Source of the DNA: Rubrivivax sp.
Lineage (GTDB): Bacteria; Pseudomonadota; Gammaproteobacteria; Burkholderiales; Burkholderiaceae_C
Assembly (NCBI GenBank): GCA_031372005.1
Contig: JANMKK010000023.1
Location: 28,724 to 92,723 of the forward strand
Length of the DNA: 64,000 bases
Reading direction: 5' to 3'
Of the stretch, positions 34,518 through 46,500 are shown piece by piece (positions within the stretch are counted from its first letter, which is position 1; each line of letters begins with the position of its first letter). Position numbers and translations under genes: made by a program. Under the pieces are notes generated by a model. It saw nothing but the letters and a program-made list of their open reading frames with translations. It made no database searches and was not told the DNA's origin.

Positions 34518-37500
34518 CTACGGCGTGCCGACCTGCGGCGCCGTGCGCCGCTCGGCGGGTTGCACGAAGGTCTCGTAGAACAGCGCGTCGAAGGGGTCGG
34601 CGGGTTGCTTCGCAGCCCCTTCTGCGCGGGCTGGCAAACCAGGCGGCTCCCACCAGACCCGCCGTTCCTGGAAGGGGTAGGTCGGAATCGCCACCCGGCG
34701 TGGCGCTGCGTCGCTGCCCCATGAGGCGTCGATCGCCCCGCCCGCCAGCCAGGCCCGGGCCCGTGCCGCCATGCCACCCGCACCCGCACCCGCACCCGCA
34801 CCCGTGCCTGCGCCTGCGCCTGCGCCCGAGGCTGGCCCGGCAGCTGGGGCGGCGTGCGTCGCTGCCTTTGGCTTGCGTGCGGCGTGGCCCACTGCGGCGA
34901 AGAGGCCGGGCGACTCGACAGGCCCTGTGGCCAGTGCATCGGCGCCTCGCGCCAGCAGGTCCATCAGCACCGGGATGCTGTCGGCCACGAAAGCTGCCCG
35001 GTAGGGCATCGCGTCGCGGCCGGTGCGGGACGCAGCAGCCAGCTCATCCAGAGTCGCTCTTTCGTCCGCCACACACGCGGCCAGGTGCGCGTGCCAGCGC
35101 TTGAAGTGCGCGTCCAGCGCGGCACGCGACCGCGCCGACAACAGCACCAGCTGGGGGCCGCCGGCGCCTGCAGGCGCGGCCAGTCGCGGTGCGGTTGGAT
35201 GCTCTTCGAGCAGCACGTGCGCGTTGACGCCGCCGATGCCGATTGAATGCAGGCCCACGCGCCGTGGCGGTGGCGGCGCGCCGCCTGCGGTCGGCAGGCG
35301 TTCCCAGGGCGTGGCCTCGGTCGGGAAGTGGAATGGTGAGCCGGCCAGCAGGATCGACGGGTGCAGCTTCGACCAGGTTGCGATCGGTGCGATCGTGCCC
35401 TCGCGCAGCGCCAGCACTGCCTTGATCAGCGAAGCCATGCCGGACGCGCCTTCGAGGTGACCGATGTTGGCCTTGACGGTGCTGACCGCGCAGCGGTGCT
35501 GGCGGTAGTGCTCGGCGCTCATCGATTCCTTGAAGTGCAGCTTGAACGCGGCCAGTTCCGACGCGTCGCTGAAGCTGTTGGCGGTGCCGTGCGCCTCGAT
35601 GTAGTTCACCGCCTCCGGTCCGAAGCCGGCACAGCGGTAGGCCTCGCGCATCGCCTGGCGCTGGCCTTCGACACTGGGCGCCACCTGCGACAGGGCGCGG
35701 CGGCCGTTGTGCGTGATGCCGATGCCGGCGATCACCGCGTGCACCGTGTCGCCGTCGCGCTCGGCCTGGTCGAGTGCCTTGAGCAGCACGCAACCCACGC
35801 CCTCGCCGCGCACGTAACCTTCAGCCTGTGCGTCGAACGGGAACATGCGCGGCGTGCGGGTCAGGATCTCTCCCGCGTCGCGGTCGGCAAAGCCGGCGGG
35901 GTCGAGCAGGATCTTCGCGCCGCCAACGATCGCGGTTTCGCATTCACCGCTGGCAATGGCCTGCGCGGCGCGGCGCAGCGCAACGAAGGTGCTTGCGCAG
36001 GCGGTGTCGACCGCCTCGCTGGGCCCCTTGAAGTCGCAGTGGTACGAGATGCGGTTGGCAATCATGCCGGCGCTGGTCAGGATGGGCGCGCCGGCCGCCG
36101 CGTCGCCGTGCTGCCGCGGCAGCGTCGCATAGTCCACCGCGTCCAGCGCCAGGAACAGGCCGACACGGCGCTGGGTCAGCGTCTGCATCGACACGCCGGC
36201 CTGCTCGACACAGTGCCAGATGCTGCGCAACAGCAGCCGCTCTTGCGGGTCCATCGCCCGCGCATCGCCGTCGGCAATGTCCCAGAAGTCGGCATCGAAC
36301 TGGTCGATGCCCTGCAGCAGGGCGGCATGGCGCATGGCCGGGAAACTGGCGTCGCGCCCGCAGGCCACGCCGCGCGCGTGCCACTCCGAGGGTGGCACGT
36401 CTTCGGTGGCGATTTCCTTGGACAGCAGCTTGCGCCAGTAGGTCGGCACGTCGGGCGCGCCCGGCAGCCGGGCGTCGTAGCCGATGATCGCGACCCGCTG
36501 CGTTGGCGATGGCGTTGGCGTTGGCGATAGAGATGGCGATAGAGATGGCGATGGCGATGGCGATGGCGATGGCGTTGGCGTTGGTGTCGGTGTCGGTGTC
36601 GGCTCGGCGGCCGGTGGCTCCGTGGGCGCAAGCGCTTGCAGGTGCTCGATCAACTTGCCGGCGGTGTTGAGTTCCAGGAAAACCGCGCCGGTGTATTCGA
36701 GCCCGAGCCGCTGGTTGATCGCGTTGGCCACCTTGGTGGCGCCGATCGAGTCCATGCCGTAGTCGGCGAAATCCACCTGCAGGTCCACCGTCTCCGGCGC
36801 CATTCCCAGCGCTTCGGCCACGGCCGCGCGCGCCACCGACTCGACCGCGTCGCGCTGCTCGGCGCGCAGCGCGGAAGACGCGGTTGACGCGCCCGTGCGG
36901 GTTGACGCGGCACGCGCAGCCGCCGGCCGTGCAGGGCGCGCCAGCAGCCGGGCCACTTTCTGGCGGTCGCCTTCGAACACACCGAACTGGTGTTCCGGCG
37001 ATGCCAGTGCCGCCGCGAAGGCCTGGACGCCGGTGGCTTCGCCGAGCGGCACGATGCCCAAGGTCTCACGCATGAACTGCTCGTAGGCCGGCTGCACCGA
37101 CATGCCACCGTCGCGCCACAACGGCCAGTCGATGGCCAGGCTGCGGCCCTGTCGCTTCCCGCGCGCAACCTGCTCAGCACGCCAGCCCGCGAAGGCGCCG
37201 AGGAAGGCGTTGGCAGTGGCGTAGTCGAACTGCCCCGGGTTGCCCAGCGCCGCCACCGACGAGAACGCGACGAAGAAGTCCAGTGCCTGGTCGCGCGTGG
37301 CCTCGTCCAGGTGCACGATGGCCTGCGCCTTGGCCGTTATCACTGCGGCCACTTCGGACTCGGTTTTCCTCGAGATGAAGTTGTCGGCCAGCACGCCTGC
37401 GCTGTGCACCACACCGTGCAGAGCACCGTGTTCGACCACGATGTGGGCGACCAGGCGCCGCACATCCTTCCAGTCGCTGGTGTCGCAAGGCAGGTACTCG

Positions 37501-40500
37501 GCGTTCACGCCATCGGCCACCAGCGCGGCCAGTTGCGCGCGGCGTCGCCCATCGAGCAGTGAACGCCCGGTCAGCACAAAACGTGCGCTGGTGCCCCGGC
37601 CCAGGTGCCTGGTGAACAGCTGCCCCAGGCCGCCCAGGCCGCCGGTGATCAGGTACACGCCGCGTTCGCGCACGAGCCCTGCGAGCGGGCGTTGCGCAGC
37701 AGGGTTCGCAGCCGTCGGTGCATCCAGCACCACCTGCGCCAACACCTGCCGCGGGCCTTGCGGCGGATAAGTCACCTCGGTGCACCCGTCCTGGGCCTGC
37801 CGTTCGGCCGCCAGGTGCTGCAGCAGCACCGCGGTGTCGCCGGACGCCAGCGCGGCATCCAGGACCAGCCGCGTCTCGATGAACGGCAGTTCAAGCGAGA
37901 TCGTGCGCAGCGCCCCCATCAGCCCGCGGTGGGGGTAGTCGCTGCCGCGATAGGGCGCGACGACGAGCAGCCGCTCCGGCGTGCCGCGCCGCACACGTTC
38001 GGGGTCCTTGCAGTGGCGCAGCAGTTGCAGCGCGTGTTGCACCAGGTCGCCGGCCGCATCGTCCGTGACCGGCCACGCGGCTGCATGGTCGGCAACCTGA
38101 TCCTGCAGCAGACGCGCGGCCAGCGCGTGATCGGCACCGATCAGGAAGACCGTGGTCTTCGCTGCCGGGGCGGCAGGTCCTTCGTTCATCGCGCTGTCCA
38201 GCGGCTGTGGCTGCCAGCGGGGCGTGAAGTAGATCGGCGCGCGTGCTTCGGGCGGGGCCACCCACGCAGGGGAGGTGCCGGTCCCCGGCTTGCGGGCCGG
38301 TGGCTGCGGCGTCGGCAGGTCCAGCCAGTGGCGCTCTTTCGCGAACGGATACGTCGGCAGGCTGACGCGCCACAGCGGCCGGCCCGCAAACGTGGCCTGG
38401 TGCAGCGCGTCCCAATCGATCAGCGCGCCTTGGACCCAGGCTTCGGCCAGCGGCCGGGCGGCACCTTCGGCGGTCCAGCGGCGCACGGCGGCATCGGCCT
38501 CGGCCACGGTGGCGGCCTTCTTGCCGGGCTTCAGGCTGCCGCGGTAGCAGGCGGCACCGGCGGCAAGGTCTCCGTCCAGGAAGGACTGCAGGGCCGCAGC
38601 CAGTTCGGCAGCGTCGCTGGCCACCAGGGCCAGACGCTCGTTCATCGCCTCGCGTCCACGCTGCAGCGTGCCCGCCAGATCGGGCAGCGCCGGCAGCGCG
38701 GTCCCTGCGCGCAGGTGGTCGAGCAGGCGCTTGGCATACGCGGCCAGGCGGTCGGGGTTCTTCGCCGACAGCGGCACCACCACGGCGCGGCGCGGGGCAT
38801 CCGGCACGGCCGGCTGCGCCGACAGGTACTCTTCCACGATCACATGGGCGTTCGAGCCCGAGGCGCCGAACGAACTCAGTGCCGCGCGGCGCGGCTGCTG
38901 TTGCCCTTGGCCGTGCTCCGGCACCAGCGGTTGCGGCCACGGCGCCTTCACCTGCTGCACGTAGAACGGCGTGTTCGCAAAATCGAGGTGGGTGTTCAGC
39001 TCGCGCGAGTGCAGTGACGGCACGAGCGTCTTGTGGCGCAGTTGCAGCGCCACCTTGGTCAGCCCGCTGATGCCGGCCGCCGACTCGGCATGCCCGATGT
39101 TGGACTTCACCGAACCGATGGCGCAGTACTGCTTGTCCGCGGTCTGGTGGCCGAAGGCGCGCACCAGACCCTGGATCTCGATCGGGTCTCCGAGCGATGT
39201 GCCGGTGCCGTGCGCCTCGACGTAGCTGATGGTGCGCGGGTGGATGCCGGTCTGGTCGAGGCACTGCTCGATCATGTCCGCCTGCGCCACCGGGCTGGGC
39301 ACGGTCAGGCCGCTGACCGTGCCGACGTGGTTGGTCGTGCTGCCCTTGATGACCGCATAGACCTGGTCGCCGTCGCGGACCGCTGCCGACAGCGGTTTGA
39401 GCAGCACTGCGCCAATGCCCTCCGCAGAGACGTAGCCGTCGCCGCCGTTGCCGAAGGTGCGGCAGCGGCCGTCGCTGGCATGCATGTCCATCAGCCCGTA
39501 CGTCAGGTACTTGAGCGGGTGGATCGACAGGTTCACGCCGCCGGCCAGTGCCACTTCGCATTCGCCGCTGCGCACGCTCTGCAGCGCCAGGTGAACGGCG
39601 ATCAGCGATGACGAGCACACGGTGTCGATGGCCATGCTCGGGCCGTGGAAGTTGCAGAAGTACGAGACGCGGTTGGCGATTTGCGCGTAGTTCAGCGACA
39701 CCGGCGTCGGTGTGCCGCGGGCAATCGCCTCTGCGGTGAGGATGGCGTAGTCGTTGTGCATGACGCCCACGTAGACCCCCACGTCGCGGCGCTGGTTGCG
39801 GCCCCGCGGGGTGGCCAGCGTCTTCGGCGTGTAGCCCGCGTCCTCGATCGTCTCCCAGCACACCTCCAGGAACTGGCGCTGCTGTGGGTCGAGCAGCTTG
39901 GCCTCGAACGGCGAGATGCGGAAGAACTGCGCGTCGAAACAGTCGGGGTCGTCGATGAAGCCGCCCCATCGGGACATCGACTTGCCCGAAGGCGACTTCA
40001 CGCCCTGCAACCGATCGGCTGCCCAGCGCGAGGCGGGCACTTCGGTGATGCAGTCCTTGCCGTCCTGCAGGTTGCGCCAGAACTCGTCGAGCGTGCGCGC
40101 ACCGGGGTAGCGGCCGGCCATGCCGATGATCGCGATGTCGGTCGACACGGCGCGGTGGGCCGACATCTGCAACGGGACGCCTGTGTCGGGCCGTGTCGGA
40201 GCCTGTTCGGCGGGCGCGGCGGCAACCGCTGGCGCCACCGGGGCTGCGGTGGCAGCCGCAGCGGCAGCGGCGGCGGTCTGTTGCGGCCAGGCCGCCGGGT
40301 AGGTCTGCGTCAGGTAGGCGGCCAGCTCGGCGATGGTCGTGTACTCGAACAGCAGCGTCGGCGCCAGGGGACTGCCGACCTGTTTCTCCAGCGCGCCGAC
40401 CAGGTCGAGCAGCCGCGCCGAATCGAGGCCGAGCTCGTAGTAGCCCAGGCCGATGTCGATCTGATCGGCCGGTGTGCCGATGCGCTTGGCAATCAGCTCG

Positions 40501-43500
40501 GCCAGGAAGTTTTCGGCGCCTGAACAGTCGCCTTCGGCCGCCGGCGCCGCACCTGCGGCAGCCGCGGCAGGCAGCGCAGACGTCGCCACCGTTGCGGCTG
40601 CAAGCGGTACTGCCGCTGACGCCGCACGCGGCACCGCCGCGCCGTCACTGCTGCCGTTGATGGCGCTGGCATCGCGCACCAGCTTGCAGGCGTAGTTCCG
40701 CAGCTCGGCCACCTGGCGGCCGGTGGTGGCGTCGAAGAACTCGAGGTTCATGTACAGCAGCTCGTTGCGGCGCCGTACCGATGCTGCGGGAATGCGCGTG
40801 ATGCAGCGTTCGCGCAGCGCTGCGCTGGCGCGGAAGGATTCGTAGAACAGCGGCAGGATCAGCCGCGATTCGCCCTCGAAGAAGGCCGCGAACAACCGCT
40901 GCGCGCCGACGCTGCTGCCGTCGATCAGCGTCGGGTGGAACAGGTGGCTGCCGGCGCCGGGCAGCGCCTGCGCGCCCAGCGCGATCTCGATGCAGGTTGC
41001 ATCCTCGGCTTCGTGCACCTGCCCCTCGGCCTTGATGACCCCCGCATGGTCCAGGCGCTGCAGCCGGCACTGCCCGTACAGCGTGTCGAGATCCAGGCTG
41101 CGCTGCGCCTGGTGGCGGACGGCTGCGACGTCGATCGTGGCGCCGAAGGCCACCGGCCCAGCCTGCCGCATCTCGGCCACGGCGTAGCGCTTGGGCTCGG
41201 ACAGTGCTGGGCCGCGCTGCTCGCGGCCCAGCAGCTCGATCTGCCACACGGGGCCCGCGCTCTCCGTGCAGCGGATGTCGAGCAGCACCGACTGGTCGGC
41301 GTCCACCGTCAGCGGCTGGTAGATGGAGAGGTTGCGCAGCTCGAGTTGGCCGTGGTCGAAACCCAGGCCCTGGAAGTGCTGGAACAGCAGGTCGATGTAG
41401 GCCAGCCCTGGCAGGAGGCGCTGCCCATAGGCCTTGTGGTCGCGCAGCACCGGGTGCTCGGCGCTCAGGAGATAAGGAGCGGACGCCGCCGACGACACAC
41501 GCGGCCAGGCCGCCGGCAGCGGGCCCGACACCACGGCCGCAGCCACTTCGGCTGCGGCTTGCAGCGCGCCTTGCGCTGCAGCTCCCGCACCGATGTGCCG
41601 CCGCTTCAGCGCCGGCAGGGCCAGCGGGCGGCGGCGTGGCGCGTCCTGCGCTGCGCTCTGCCAGGCCTCCAGGATCACGTGCACGTTTGTGCCGCCATCG
41701 GCAAAGCAGTTGACGGCGGCCAGCGCACGCCCTTCAGCCCAGGGCGAGGCCTCGCGTGTGAAACTGAAGGGAGACGCACCGATGTCGAAGTGCTGCATGG
41801 GCTCCTGGCCCGACAGGAACGGCACGCTCATGCGGTGCGACAGCATCGACGCCGCCTGGATGAACGCTGCCATGCCCTTGGCCGCGAGCGGATGCCCGAT
41901 GTTGGGCTCGGTGGAGCCCAGTTCGCAGGGCACGGGCGCAGCGTCTGCGGGCCGGTAGACCGCCTGCAGCGCCTTCAACTCCAGCAGGTCGGTCACTTCG
42001 CTGCCGGAGCCGTTGACGTGGATGTAGCGCACCTGCTCGGGCGTCGCGCCGCTGTCGTGCAGCGCGCGCTGCATCACCGCCTTCTGGGCCTGCAGGTTCG
42101 GCGTCGCCGGGCCGGCGGTGCGGCCGTCGTTGTTGACGGCCAGGCCCCGGATCACGGCATGGATGCGGTCGCCGTCGCGCAGCGCCTGCTGCACGGTCTT
42201 CAGCAGCACCATGCCCACGCCTTCGCCCAGCACCACACCGCCAGCGCGGCGGTCGAAGATGTGGAATTCGCCGGCGCGGGCCAGCAGCTTGCGTCGCTCG
42301 AACAGGCGGTGCACCTCGTCCGAACGCAGCAGGCTGATGCCACCCACCAGCGCGGCACCGATTTGGCCGGCACGCAGCGCGTGCACCGCCATCTGCATCG
42401 CCACCAGCGCCGACGAGCAGGCGGTGTCGACCACCAGGCTCGGTCCGCGCAGGTCAAAGCACTGCGACAGGTTGGCGGCAAGGTAGTTCTGCCCCACCGC
42501 GACGATCGGATTGCGCGCTTGCGCCAGCGTGCTGTCGTCCGGCCGGTGGTTGCTGCGTGCACCGATGAAGACCCCGGTCTCGCTGCCCTTCATCTCCCGG
42601 GCCTCGTAGCCGGCGTGGTGGAACACGCGCAAGCCTTCCTCCAGCAGCATCAGGGCCTGCGGGTCCATGGCTGCGGCATCGCTGTCCGGGATCAGGAAGT
42701 GGCCGGGGTCGAAATGCGCCACGTCGTCGAGCAGGCCGGCGTGGAATGCCGTGGCGCGCCCCCACCGTTCGGCAGGCACGGCCTGGATGCCGGAGCGCCC
42801 TTCGGACAACAGCTGCCAGAACGCGTCGAGGTCGGGCGCGCCCGCGAAGCGGCACGACAAGCCCACCACCGCGATGTCCAGCCCCGCGCCGGGCAGGGTG
42901 GCGGCACCGGCTTCGCCCGCTGCAGCCTGCGGCGTGAGCGGAGCAGGCGGCATAGGGGGCAGGATGGATGGCGGGGTGGATGGCGGCGCAGTGGCCGCTG
43001 CCACCGCCGGCACCCCAGACCCCACGGCCACCACGGCCTGCGCCGGCGCCAGCGCCCGGCCCAGGGCCTGGGCGTGCGTGCCGCCGAGCCAGTCCGCGAA
43101 CGAATTCAGCGTCGGGTGCTCGTAGAACACCGAAGGATCGAGCGCCTCGGCCTTGCCGGCCGCGTTCAGGGCGTCGTCGACGCGGCGCAGGATCTGCGCC
43201 AGCATGATCGAATCGACGCCATAGTCGGTGAACGGCACCTCCGGGTCCAGGGAACCTGGCGCCAGCATCAGTTCCATGGAAAACAGGCGGGTCAGCCAGG
43301 CCACGACTTCGCTGCGGCCGGCAGGGGCCGGCACCGTCGTGGCTGTGGTGGCTGTGGTGGCTGTCGTGGCTGTCGGGGCGGCCGGCGCCGCAGCGCGCAG
43401 CATCAATCGCTGCGGCTGCCAGGCGGCGTCCGCGACCAGCGCCGGCAACACCACCGGCCCTGGCCGCTGGCCGATCACCTGGTCGAGCAGGCGCAGCCCC

Positions 43501-46500
43501 TCGGCATCGGTCAGGCTCAGCAGCCCCGTCTGCCGGTAGGCCCGCGTCGTGGCCTCGCCCATCCCGGTGTCCTTCCACGAAGGCCACTGGATGCTCACGA
43601 TTGGCATCTGCCCGGCACGTGCCTGCGCGACGCTGTCCATGTAGGCGTTGGCCGCCACATAGTCGCTCTGGCCCGCGCCCAGCGCAGGCACGATCGCCGA
43701 CACCGAAGAGAACAGCACCACAAACTGCAGCGGCTCGCCCTGCATCGCGGCCAGCAGCGCGTCAAGGCCACCGACCTTGGGTGCCAGCACCTTCTCGATC
43801 TCGGCCAGCGGCTTGCGCACGAAGGCCGGGTTGTTCCAGTCGTTGCTGCCGGCGCAATGCAGCAGGCCGCCGATGCGGCCCAGCGCGGCGCCGATGCGCT
43901 GCACCTGCACGCGCACCGCGTCGGCGTTCTCCAGCGGCAGCGCCAGTGTCTCGACCTGCACGCCCAGGCCTTCGAGCCGCTGCACGGCTTCAATCTTGCG
44001 CACCAGTGCGCGGTCACCTGCGGCGCCTGCGGACAGCAGCGCCGGCCAGCCGGCGCGGGGTGGCAGCGCGTCGCGGCCGCACAGCACCAGCTTGCGCACG
44101 CTGTGGCGAGCCACGAAGTGCTCGGCGCAGAGCAGGCCGATGCCGCGTGTGCCGCCGGTGATCCAGAGCACCCGGTCGGGTGCGAAGGCCAGCGGTGCCG
44201 GCTCTGCCAGCGGCGGCTGAAGCTGCAGCACGGCCACGTGGCGCCGGTTGTCGCGGTAGCAGGTCTCGGCGTCGTCACCGGGAACCTGCCACTCGGCGGC
44301 AATGTGCTGCAGCGCAGCTTCGTCGCCAGCGGCCGGATCCAGGTCCAGGTGGCGTGATCGCAATTTGGGGTACTCGCTCTGCAGCATGCGGTACACGCCG
44401 GCACGCTCGGCGCCAGCCGTGTTGACCGCGCCGCCGTGCACCGACTCCAGCCCGCGGGTGACGCCCAGGAGCATGGGCGTTCCCGCCGCTGCCATCCAGC
44501 GCGCGACCAGCCGCTGCAGCAGCGGCAGCCACGAAGCCGCCGACGGTCGCACCGTGCCGCAACCCACGAGGTCGATGCAACCCGACCAGGGCAGCGCGGC
44601 ACCGGGCGCCGTGTCGAGCTCGCGCCACAGCGCGGCGGTGGCCGTCTCATCGTCCAGCGCGACGATGCGGCCGCGGGGGCAGCGGTCCAGCAAACGGCGC
44701 GCCAGCGGCAGCGTTGCCGTGTCGGCCAGCAACAGCAGGGCATCCGGCAAATCACCCGAATGCCCGGGCGGGGTGGTGGCGGTGGTGGTGGAGGGGGCGG
44801 GGGCGGCTGCTGTCCAGCCCTTTATCAGCAGCACAGGCGTCCGGGTGCCTGGCGCAGTGGCCGCAGTGGCCGCAGTGCCCGCAGTGCCCGCATTGCCCGC
44901 GGTGCCCGCCGATGTGGCGCCTCCCGCACCGTGCCCGACAGGGCCCGGCGCGGCCACCAGTTCAGGCCAGTGGCGATCGCGGGCAAACGGGTAGCCGGGC
45001 AGGCTGATGCGGCGCGGCAGGGGCCGGCCGGCGTGCAGCAGGCGCCAGTCGACATCGGCGCCCTTGACCCACAACGCCAGCACTTTGGCCAGCTGGCCGC
45101 GCTCAATCCAGCGGCCCACGGTCTCGTGCAGTTCGCGGGCGTCGAACAGCGCCAGCGTCTCGTCCTTGCGCGCCGTGCGGCCGCGCAGCACCTCGGGCGA
45201 AGACTGGTCCGCCAGGAACTGTGCGAGCCGTTCGGCCAGCACCTGCAGCGAGCCGGCCCGGATCGCGAGCCGTTCGTCCCACGCGTCGCGCCCGATTTGC
45301 AAGGTGTAGGCCATGCGGGGCAGGTCCGCGTCGCTCAGGCGCGGCACGCTGCCACCGGCGCTGTGGCGGCGGCCTTCGCGCACGGCGTTCAACAGCTGCA
45401 GTGCAGCGTCTTTCAGGCGCGCGTCGTTCTTGGCCGACAGCACGAACACGTGCTCGGTGCCGGTGGCTGCGGCCTCGCGGGTGGCATCGCCGGTGGCATC
45501 AGCCGCCGCTGCGCGGTACTCCTCGAACGCGACGTGCGCATTGGCGCCGCCGAAACCGAAAGAGCTGACACCCGCCCGTCGCGGCAGCGCCTGGCCTTCG
45601 GCATCGCCGATCGCCGGCCAGGGCTGCGTCTGGTTGACGACGTAGAACGGCGACCCCTGCAGCTGGATGAATGGGTTGAGTTCCTCGCTGTGCAGGTTTT
45701 TGGCCAGCGTCTGGTGCTTGAGCTGCAGCAGCACCTTGATGGCGCCGGCCACACCAGCGGCCAGCTCCAGGTGCCCCATGTTGCTCTTGGCCGAGCCGAT
45801 GCCGCAGTGCGGCGCGGCAACGCTTTCGTCGCCGCTGGCGCGGTACAGCGCCTTGAACGCCATCTTGAGGCCGTTGACCTCGACCGGGTCACCAAGCGCC
45901 GTGCCGGTGCCGTGGGCCTCGATGTAGCCGATGCTGCGCGGGTCAATCCCGGCCTCGGTGTACACCGTGTGTATCAGTTCGGCCTGGGCTTTCGGGTTCG
46001 GCGCCGTCAGCGAATTGGCGCGGCCGCCGTGGTTTTCGCCGCTGCCGCGCACCAGGCCGTAAATGTGGTCGCCATCGCGCTCGGCATCGGCGAGCTTCTT
46101 CAGGAAGAGGATGCCCACGCCCTCGCCTCGCGCGTAGCCGTCGGCGTGTGCCGAGAAGGTCTTGCAGCGGCCGTCGACGCTGAGCATGCCGGCCTTGCGG
46201 AAACTGACGTGGCCGTCCGGCCCGATCAGCGTATTGACGCCGCCGACGAGCGCCATGTCGCAGTGCCCGCTGCGCATCGCCTGGATGGCGCGGTGGATCG
46301 CCACCAGTGACGACGAGCAGGCGGTATCGACCGTCTCGCTGGGGCCGCTGATGTCGAGCAGGTAGCTCATGCGGTTGGGCCCGAGCGACGAACTGCGGCC
46401 GGTGGGCAGGAACGCATCGCACGGGATGTTGGCCTGGGTGAGCAGCGTGCCGTACTCGCTGACCGACGTGCCGACGAAGATGCCGGTGCGCGTGCCGGCA

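Noticed and set aside
28730-41480. Pyran synthase or enoyl-isomerase call for the DH domains in the two KR-less modules
   Set aside because: Both retain the catalytic His and the Asp (DAAVH; LIDGS), unlike PS and shift domains. The one after KS5 matches the dehydrating-bimodule DH type.
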